A stretch of 64,000 nucleotides of DNA from Albugo candida (Eukaryota), in assembly GCA_040437565.1 (NCBI GenBank), contig JBDOQK010000009.1:186001-250000 (forward strand), written 5' to 3'. Position 1 is the first letter of the stretch; each line of letters begins with the position of its first letter. The notes under the pieces were generated by a model that was not told the DNA's origin, searched no databases, and saw only the letters and a program-made list of their open reading frames with translations. The translations under genes were made by a program, and so were the position numbers. This document shows positions 26,090 to 36,010 of the stretch, one piece after another.

Positions 26090-29000
26090 GAGTATACCAC
26101 AAGCCTTTTCACGTTCTTGAGACAGAAACGATATTACTTCGGAATCACTAGGCAATAAGGAAGCATTTGTTGTTTGCTCGATTCATGGATTTGGTAGAAT
26201 TTTGGTGATTTATTTTTTTGAAATCACGATATAATCGCATGGAGGCACGGACGCCGAGTGATTTCGGATAAAATACTGCCACCATCTTTCAAAGTTTTAG
26301 CGGCAAGCTCACTCAAATCTTCACGAGAGAAAAACATCTATATGTGTGACATGTTCCATCGTTTTTAGCTTTCGACACATGCTTGATACCGCTGCTCCGT
26401 CCATCAAAATCGACAATGCTGCATGTAAAATGCATCAACGTGTTACCGCAAGAATGCTGGTTCAAAATTGCAAGGGGTGGAGCAGTCGGAAAATTTTGGC
26501 ATAGGAACAAGGTTCACAGGAAGAGAATTTGCTGATGCGTCCGGAGGTGAAGATCAAGTGATCAGTTTCGATCAGGTTGACCTGCAAGTCTTTTTCCATG
26601 GGGTACATGGGAGCTCGAACGTCAGTATCTCCATCGCGACGTTACATCAGACAACACACGACATCAGTAACCAACAGTTTGAACTTGATTATGGTTCAAT
26701 GCTTGTGAAGGACGTCTCCACTCCGCTTATAGTGACTACTGAATATGTTGTCAGGATGAGTAGTAGACCAATTCATACTTTGGCAAATTCAACCNNNNNN
26801 NNNNNNNNNNNNNNNNNNNNNNNNNNNNNNNNNNNNNNNNNNNNNNNNNNNNNNNNNNNNNNNNNNNNNNNNNNNNNNNNNNNNNNNNNNNNNNAGTGCG
26901 TGCAGAACCCATGTCATGCTTGTTGAAGCTACTTTTGCCTCTTTCAAAATGCCAACGACCTCTACGATGTACTGCTTGGCACCCTTTAATCTGGAACGAG
27001 TATACCACAAGCCTTTTCACGTTCTTGAGACAGAAACGATATTACTTCGGAATCACTAGGCAATAAGGAAGCATTTGTTGTTTGCTCGATTCATGGATTT
27101 GGTAGAATTTTGGTGATTTATTTTTTTGAAATCACGATATAATCGCATGGAGGCACGGACGCCGAGTGATTTCGGATAAAATACTGCCACCATCTTTCAA
27201 AGTTTTAGCGGCAAGCTCACTCAAATCTTCACGAGAGAAAAACATCTATATGTGTGACATGTTCCATCGTTTTTAGCTTTCGACACATGCTTGATACCGC
27301 TGCTCCGTCCATCAAAATCGACAATGCTGCATGTAAAATGCATCAACGTGTTACCGCAAGAATGCTGGTTCAAAATTGCAAGGGGTGGAGCAGTCGGAAA
27401 ATTTTGGCATAGGAACAAGGTTCACAGGAAGAGAATTTGCTGATGCGTCCGGAGGTGAAGATCAAGTGATCAGTTTCGATCAGGTTGACCTGCAAGTCTT
27501 TTTCCATGGGGTACATGGGAGCTCGAACGTCAGTATCTCCATCGCGACGTTACATCAGACAACACACGACATCAGTAACCAACAGTTTGAACTTGATTAT
27601 GGTTCAATGCTTGTGAAGGACGTCTCCACTCCGCTTATAGTGACTACTGAATATGTTGTCAGGATGAGTAGTAGACCAATTCATACTTTGGCAAATTCAA
27701 CCAAGGTTCAATTGCAAAAGCTTATTTCGTTCACAAGCTGATCGTTCAATTTTGAAAATGACCGAGGTCGATCGCTGCTTTTTTTTCGATCAACTGATAA
27801 ATGGGGGATTTTCGAGTCTTCAAGTCATGTATCATTTGCGCAAAGTGTTATTTGATAAAGAAGTCAAGGGTTGTCGTTGTTTCAAGCATTTCGAACAAAA
27901 GATTTTGCTTAGAATTCCAGTTCGGTCTCATCATTGCTGAGCACATTGCCGGTGTCTTTCGGTAGTGTTGACGCTCTTTCTGATCTAAAAGACCCTTATT
28001 AATTTGGAATTTATAAAGACGCTCTTTTTTATCCCACTTTTTCAGGACAAAGCGTTCATCAGTGCCGGGCAGTCTTGCGTTTTTGTTGATACCGGGTAAA
28101 AATTGAATCCAGAAATGAGGCCCTCTACTTATTCGTTTTTCGCACTTCGTTACGTTCTTTTTGCCAGACATGTCTTATAGCCAATACCGGACATCACTCC
28201 CTTGTTATGTCTCAGAAATCACTTCCATCTAGCCTTTGTCAGGCTGATATCACCCTTCTCATTTCGTAGAAGACTTTATATTTCGTATCATGCTAGTCTG
28301 ACAGGTAGCCACATCAGACAATGCGCCACTCGTATCTGTTCCTCTGAGCACCTGTTTCGTTAACTGAAGTCTTTTCTCCTTCATACACGTCATTGAGAAT
28401 GTCCAACAATTTATTGAGCTAATCATTTTTGTGATGAAGTAACTTCCTCCCTTTCGAATTGCTCGTCGGCCTTTGCAGGCGATATAAGGCAAAGCCTGCA
28501 TCTAAGTTGCTTTCTGTTTGGATAGCGCTTTCAGTAAGCTTGCTCGTTTTCCACGTGGCCAAGTAGTACTATTTTGTGATGAATCGGCTTCATCGAGAGA
28601 ACCTGTATGCAGGTCCTCTTATTGTTGTATCGACCTCATATCGATCATTCCGTTTGCATGTGTTCGCTCTCACTTTATTCGCAATTGATACTTACGGGGT
28701 ACGTTGAATGGGGTAGTAAGTGTTCCCTCGCATAAAATGAAACTCTTGTTCTTTTAAAAATGTTTTGGGCGAAGCAATTCCCGCAGCCAATTTAGCTGTT
28801 TTAGTATCTTTCGTTGCTTTCCCAAAACAAGATTTGTAGCTCAAATTGAGTTGTCATTTCGATGTGAACAACCAAATACGAACTTCTGCAATCTTTCCAG
28901 GGCTTTCGTTCTTCTATTTTATAATTTGTAGTCACGTTTCGATGTCGTATACACATCCGCAGGCCAATTAATTTGTTATCGTATTCTGGCAAATCAATGA

Positions 29001-29170
29001 GCAACTGAGCATTTGAAACATTCCATGTTCACTAGTTGAGACATTATAGAACACTTCGATGTAGAATCCAATCATTTGATCGTCACTTATGCGCTACTCA
29101 GAATTGCAAAATGGCTTTTCCAATTGGTCTGGAACTTTCATTCTCCCGATTTACTAAATATACCGCGTCG
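26090..29170 (-). pseudogene. Decayed copy of the 787-aa gene, inverted block
   Basis: Remnant LRGTDTSGALSDVATCQTSM matches SIGTDKSGTLPAAATSQCGM; same-strand similarity to 36010-37600. Contains a ~0.8-kb gap-overlap duplication. Confidence 0.85.
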
Positions 29171-29649
29171 TTGTTATTGGAAACCGCACAAAAGATTGCG
29201 CACAGAGACTGCCTCTTTGAAGGGTTTATTTGCATTTCAGCAGTTTTCTATACATGACGGCTGGTGGAAGCTTCCGAGAGAGGACAAAGCTTCTTGATAT
29301 TGTTCTGATCTAGGACTAGTCGTCAATTTTGCAGTATGAATGACGCCATTTTTCGCTCTCTGGTCTATGTGCCTGCGTAGTCGTGAGTGGCATTCCAATG
29401 GATGCTATATGACACTGCCGTGTGCAAAGAATGAATGAAGTTCCATGGATAGCACATTTGATCTAGAACGAAGCTTGTATTTGAGGACTACATGTCGTCC
29501 TTTTGTGATTATCATATCATTATTCTACAGGATAACCAGTAGGCGAACGGCTTTGGCCCCTGACGGCATACAGCAGCAGCGAAGTACACTTTCCATGTCA
29601 TGAGCTGTATTATACGAAATTTTGCATGGCCTGCTTGCGCTTTGTCAAA

Positions 29650-30870
29650 TATAAAAAGATCCGACTGGCTTCCCGTTCATCCGGTTACGTCAAAGCATTA
29701 CAAGAAGAAGCAGATGAAATTGTGCAATGGTTGTGCATGCGAAAAAAATTATGATGATCGAAGTCGCCTCCTATGATCTGAATCATCCCATCTCTTCGTG
29801 GATTAAATCGGTTACTACATTCTGTAGTAGAAATCGTATGAGGCTTCCAGTTCCAGTACAAGTGATTGGAAGCTATTGGAGTGATAGAAGCAGAATTTAC
29901 TCGATGTAAAAATTGTGTGAACAATAACAAAGAGCAGATCACTTATGCTTTACGGGTATGAGAGTAAAGCTGATCTTGTCGAGTACAATCATTTGCAATC
30001 TTGCTGCCCCCATGTGGGGTTCATTCTGACTCATCAATCTACGATATCGCCAGATGCAAAATGTCTTGACATTTAATGTAGTCCGTCAGCGGTTGTATGG
30101 AAGCTCTTCATGATCACTTTCAGAATAAAAACGGTCGATGGAACTGTGTTCTACTCTGATGAGTCTGAGATTTTTGAAGATTCTCCGTAAGCGAGTTTTT
30201 TACCGCTTTGATTACCTTTGTGTGGAGTATTCAAATGGTGCCAGTTGTGCTGATACGTTGCAGTGTGGTCGATTCGCCGCCATCGACATCACAACCTAGT
30301 CATTATTACAAGCGAAGTAATCGTCTGCAAATATGTAAAACTAGCATTCTTGTATTCAGGACTGTAAAACGACAAAGCTGAAGAACGTAATATTACTTCA
30401 TGAAAGCATATCGACCGCGAAAACAGCGTGAAATTGAGAAGTGGGATCAATCAAGTCTCTCGTTGGTCGCGAATTTTTGCAAGCGCCTGTTCTGCGAGGT
30501 ACAAATAGACACTTACAATGAGCATTTAGCGAGAACGTGCAGATCAATCAAGATCGACACACGGCGCTTCAAGTGATCCTTTCCAGGATGATTACAGTTG
30601 GAGATCAACAAGTATATCCGCTAGCAGGGCCATTTCTTCACAAATGTCATTTACCTCATGCAAAGCACCGTACCCTGTTGACGACGTTACACTGCTAATC
30701 CTATGCAATCATATTCATATCGAAGGATGGTCAACTTGTCGAATTACTCGCAACTTTGCTGAAGATATGCATTTTTATATTCAGTCATACAGAGTTGCTG
30801 TAGTTTCTCGGACAAAGCAATCAAGAAGTTCACATGATGCTGATTTAGTCGAATTATTCACGGTCATTTG
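29650..30870 (+). pseudogene. Decayed copy of gene 'Y' downstream of GH131 copy 4
   Basis: VGFILTHQSTISPDAKCLDI* matches VGLILTHQFTISRDAQCLDIY at ~7105-7170; multiple stops. Confidence 0.75.
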
Positions 30871-31018
30871 TAAGATACGCCCGCGCGTCTTCCGCTAACA
30901 AGTTCATTATCCGGTCATTTTGGTAGAATAGAAAATGGAGAAAGCAACAATCTATGATCCTGGTTATCTCTTTTCTAAGACAGAAATGAAAAATGCAAAA
31001 ATCAGAGGCAAAGAGCGA

Positions 31019-33455
31019 TCAGGTACTTCGCTTGCATTTCTTATTATTGGTCGGTGGGGTGGGGCTCTCACCACTACCTCCAGACTCATTCTTCACGGGT
31101 GGTTTTTCTCCACTTTGAGAGGTTCCGCCATTGTTACCCTCATTCTGGTTTCCAGGAGTATAATCACCACTACTTCCAGACTCATTCTTCACGGGTGGTT
31201 TTTCTCCACTTTGAGAGGTTCCGCCATTGTTACCCTCATTCTGGTTTCCAGGAGTATAATCACCACTACTTCCAGACTCATTCTTCACGGGTGGTTTTTC
31301 TCCACTTTGAGAGGTTCCGCCATTGTTACCCTCATTCTGGTTTCCAGGAGTATAATCACCACTACTTCCAGACTCATTCTTCACGGGTGGTTTTTCTCCA
31401 CTTTGAGAGGTTCCGCCATTGTTACCCTCATTCTGGTTTCCAGGAGTATAATCACCACTACTTCCAGACTCATTCTTCACGGGTGGTTTTTCTCCACTTT
31501 GAGAGGTTCCGCCATTGTTACCCTCATTCTGGTTTCCAGGAGTATAATCACCACTACTTCCAGACTCATTCTTCACGGGTGGTTTTTCTCCACTTTGAGA
31601 GGTTCCGCCATTGTTACCCTCATTCTGGTTTCCAGGAGTATAATCACCACTACTTCCAGACTCATTCTTCACGGGTGGTTTTTCTCCACTTTGAGAGGTT
31701 CCGCCATTGTTACCCTCATTCTGGTTTCCAGGAGTATAATCACCACTACTTCCAGACTCATTCTTCACGGGTGGTTTTTCTCCNNNNNNNNNNNNNNNNN
31801 NNNNNNNNNNNNNNNNNNNNNNNNNNNNNNNNNNNNNNNNNNNNNNNNNNNNNNNNNNNNNNNNNNNNNNNNNNNNNNNNNNNTCCAGACTCATTCTTCA
31901 CGGGTGGTTTTTCTCCACTTTGAGAGGTTCCGCCATTGTTACCCTCATTCTGGTTTCCAGGAGTATAATCACCACTACTTCCAGACTCATTCTTCACGGG
32001 TGGTTTTTCTCCACTTTGAGAGGTTCCGCCATTGTTACCCTCATTCTGGTTTCCAGGAGTATAATCACCACTACTTCCAGACTCATTCTTCACGGGTGGT
32101 TTTTCTCCACTTTGAGAGGTTCCGCCATTGTTACCCTCATTCTGGTTTCCAGGAGTATAATCACCACTACTTCCAGACTCATTCTTCACGGGTGGTTTTT
32201 CTCCACTTTGAGAGGTTCCGCCATTGTTACCCTCATTCTGGTTTCCAGGAGTATAATCACCACTACTTCCAGACTCATTCTTCACGGGTGGTTTTTCTCC
32301 ACTTTGAGAGGTTCCGCCATTGTTACCCTCATTCTGGTTTCCAGGAGTATAATCACCACTACTTCCAGACTCATTCTTCACGGGTGGTTTTTCTCCACTT
32401 TGAGAGGTTCCGCCATTGTTACCCTCATTCTGGTTTCCAGGAGTATAATCACCACTACTTCCAGACTCATTCTTCACGGGTGGTTTTTCTCCACTTTGAG
32501 AGGTTCCGCCATTGTTACCCTCATTCTGGTTTCCAGGAGTATAATCACCACTACTTCCAGACTCATTCTTCACGGGTGGTTTTTCTCCTTTCGAATTTTC
32601 GCCGGATTTATCCTCATTCTGATTTCCATAGTTAGAGCCACCGCTTGTCCCTTCATTCTGTTCAGCAGATTTAGAACCCGTTCCTCCACCTCCCTTGATC
32701 TTGCTATCGTTTATTTTTGTATCAGCGCTTATACCACTGAACCAGATCTTTTCTGCGTGCAGGAGCTTTTTATGTACACCCTTTTGGTAGCTCAGTAATC
32801 CGAAATGATATTCTTTGAATGCTTCGTTCTTGGTGTCGCATCCAGGGGATAGCGTGCTGATAAATTTCAAATCAGCATGATTCTCACTAAAATAAAATTT
32901 GTTCGTAACTCCATCTGTGAAAATACCAAAATGGTACCATCTATTCGAACGAAAGTTGGTCTTCAAAACAGGTTTCTCATAGCTTCCATTGGATAAAATC
33001 TGCAGCTCCGGCTGGTTGACACCAGTTTGCTGGACACGGACTTCCCAACAGTGACATTCAGGAAAAGCCACTTGCCAATCAAGGGTTTGATCGTGAAAGG
33101 CTACTGGGACATTGAGGGAAAATTCCCACCATATAGTCATTATAGATGTAAATTTTACGACAACTTCGTTCCGTCTGAATTCCTTCTGATCTTGGAAAGT
33201 GGAAGTGTCGTTCACTTTAATCTGTAAAGCTGCCTCAGTCGAACCATCACTCAGCTGCCGTGGTTTAACGAAGCTGTAATAGCCCTTGATACCTCGTTTT
33301 GTATTCTTAGGTCCCATTTCAGTAATATGTAACATATACTTGGTTTTCAGAGTATCGATTGTCAGACCATCGAATGAGCCGTCGAATGGCAAGGATGTTT
33401 CTGCTATTACAGAAGGCATCAAGAAAGCCGCCGACAGAAGTGTAAATTTTTTCAT
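31019..33455 (-). CDS. Secreted GH131-like beta-glucanase, copy 4, with 32-aa tandem-repeat stalk (interrupted by gap)
   Basis: ATG 33455 (MKKFTLLSAAFLMPSVIAETSLPF). Motifs QKEFRRNEVV, WQVAFPECHCWE, WYHFGI, EYHFGL; tail PTPPTNNKKCKRST*. Confidence 0.85.
31081..32587 (-). repeat. 96-bp perfect coding tandem repeat (GEKPPVKNESGSSGDYTPGNQNEGNNGGTSQS)
   Basis: About 7 identical units on each side of the 31784-31883 gap; true copy number unresolved. Confidence 0.97.
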
Positions 33456-34122
33456 TCTCGTAACCAGTTTCATATTTTGATGCGTAAACAACCGCACTTG
33501 TTAGATAATGAATTGTATTCATCACGGCCTAGCTTGATCCGCCCCTCAACGTACACGGGTATTGATGACGTACGATTGGGAAACCGGTCTTTACTGTAAG
33601 CGGGGACGACGTAAGCTATTTACCAGATTTAGCATTGAGGAGGAATGACATATCCACAGTCATCCTGCAGTTCGTTTTGCTGACGAATCGAAGAAGCCAA
33701 TTCGTCAGTATGAAGGCGAATGAGTAACAGTTGAATGGCTAAATTCTACTCATATTATAGAATGTTTTGAGAACAGGTGGCATCACTTAGCGGTATGTAA
33801 TCCCAGTAAGAAGAGGTAGAAACGCGCCTGAATGCTGCATGTCAGGGTTATTTGTACCACAGCGAACACGTTGTTTTTGTTCGTTCTCTGCAAATCAGTC
33901 AATACAAATTAGACCTGCCGCTACACTGCTAAACTGCTATACTCTAAAGTTGATCAATGATTATCCTGAAAAAGCCACTAGAACTACTCGGTCGTCTTTC
34001 TTTCCTTCTCAATCTCGGTCAAGTAATCACAACAATCCCCCATGTACAACGTCGAAATTTTCACAGTTCCTTCTATACAATAAATTCGAGTGCAGCCACT
34101 CTTTGCTCGTTGCTACGCTTAG

Positions 34123-35867
34123 TCAAGCAAAGTGCTGCAGTAACTTCTGTTTCGCCAGCCGTAGCGTTTCTTGATCCAGTTTCTCCGCTTGTGATTGAAA
34201 AGTCTTTCTCTCTTGATCCAGATGCTGACGCACTCGATCAATCTCTTCCACGTCGAATCTTTTTCGTTCCTCATACTCTGCGATCATTTCGAGATTTTGC
34301 TGATAGCGGAATTGAGTTGTGGGGCTCCGGACAGAATCTTGCAAAAGTTTGTCTTGCTCGTTTATGATCTCTAATGCTTCTTCTAGCTTTTCGTGAAGCG
34401 TGTGAGGCTCCGTGTTGTCGTTCAGGGAAGCTGACCATACATCGATCTTGTGAGCATCTAGAGATTTCTGAATACTTTTCTGACACTCGATCGAATACAT
34501 ATGCAAGGTCTTGATAGCTTTCCCTAGTTGGTTCGGTAGATTGAGTTTATTGCATCCATATGCCGCGTTTCCCAAGCCTTGGCTGTTTCTGACTTTCGTG
34601 TTGGTCAATTCGGTCAACAGATGTTTATCTTTTACATCATTTCGAAGATTGGTATACTTGTTCCTGCATGAGCGCCCAATGTTAGCCGAATTTCGGAGTT
34701 AATAATAAATAACTCATAAATAACTCAACTGTAGCATGAATGTTTTTTTGCATTGTTTTGTGAGTGCCTGCAATTGTCGCTGCAAGCACTCATACTTGCT
34801 CATTAAAACAGTGTTTTCCACTAGTAGTTCGTCTTTGCTCGATTCAAGCTTCTGAATCGTTTGCTCAAAGGTATTTTCTTTTTTGCATTTCTTTATTGTG
34901 CCAGGTTGAGCCGTCTTCGAGGCTACAACTTCAAGATCATTCAAGATCCTGTCCATCGTTATCGTCTATCGACAAGAAAAGTTGATAAATGAGCTCCCGG
35001 GCCAGGTAGACCTTACGCGTTTCTCTCCCTTGGTTGAATTGCTCGAATTATTTCGAAGTTGCTGCTCCATTGTTTTCTTTAGTCGAGAGATCTCTACTTC
35101 CTTGCGTCGAAATTGAGCTTTGTAAGCACTCTCCAAACCCTGCAATCTGTCATAAAGAAGATGTTGATGTACCATCCTAGTAAGCATCAGGAGTATCTTA
35201 TAACAACTCACTTGCCGCAAATAATTTGCAATTCCTTTTTCTCACTTTGTAAGCATTTGCGTTCTCTCATAAATGACTGCGTTCTTGCGTGCAATTGATT
35301 CTCCAGTGACGCCACTGACTGTTTTTCTGCCTCTACTTCGATTTTTAGATTTTCTATCGCATGCTTTAAATGAGTCTGTTTCTTGTCAGTTTGCTCAACG
35401 TATTCCAGTAATTCCAGCTGACTTCTCGCCTCCTCCTCATGCAAAAATATCAATAGATTAATTGTATCGTGAATTTTACGGACACCCAAGCTCTTTTCTG
35501 CTTCCAATTCGTCTACTAGAGAAAATACCGTGAACGATTGAAGAGCGGCTATGATCGCTTCCTCGTTATCTTTGAGTATTTGAGGATTCATTTTCAGCCT
35601 TTTGAATCCATGATTTGCGTCCACTACTCTTTCATCATGGCTGCACACATACGACTTGAGTCGACGATTGCTAAATACGATATTCCGCGCCATTGCTTTC
35701 ATTTTATCACGAAGATACAGTTCATTATCTCGGATACTTTGATTTTCAGGAAGTTTCCAAGGATGACTATAAGATAAAAAAGAATCTATTCCCATTCCAC
35801 CAATGCTATTTGATTGCTCTCCGCTGTCTAACGCTGAATAAGTCATCGAAGCCTCATCTCGCTCCAT
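34123..35867 (-). CDS. Coiled-coil protein, afadin/alpha-actinin-binding (ADIP/SSX2IP/Msd1)-like; multi-exon
   Basis: Four same-strand coiled-coil ORF segments; GT-AG intron at 35147-35211. ESAYKAQFRRKEVEISRLKKTMEQQL resembles the ADIP-family motif. Downstream exon boundaries are approximate. Confidence 0.65.
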
Positions 35868-36010
35868 GTCGATAGCCGTACTTTTCGTCAAGTAGCTTGC
35901 TAAGTGCGTGCGGAATGCACCTCACGTTCGTTGAAGCTACTTTTTCTATTTCACAATGCCAATTACCGCTACAATCTACTATTTACCGCTTTAAATCAGA
36001 AGCGAGAATA

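Noticed and set aside
31081-32587. CRISPR-like regular array
   Set aside because: Units are identical with no unique spacers, lie in a coding frame, and there are no cas genes in this eukaryotic context.
30935-32798. Long plus-strand ORFs (566, 289, 292 aa) with hydrophobic or His-rich repeats
   Set aside because: Shadow frames of the 96-bp repeat. A stop-free unit whose length is a multiple of 3 keeps them open, and the minus frame is continuous with GH131.
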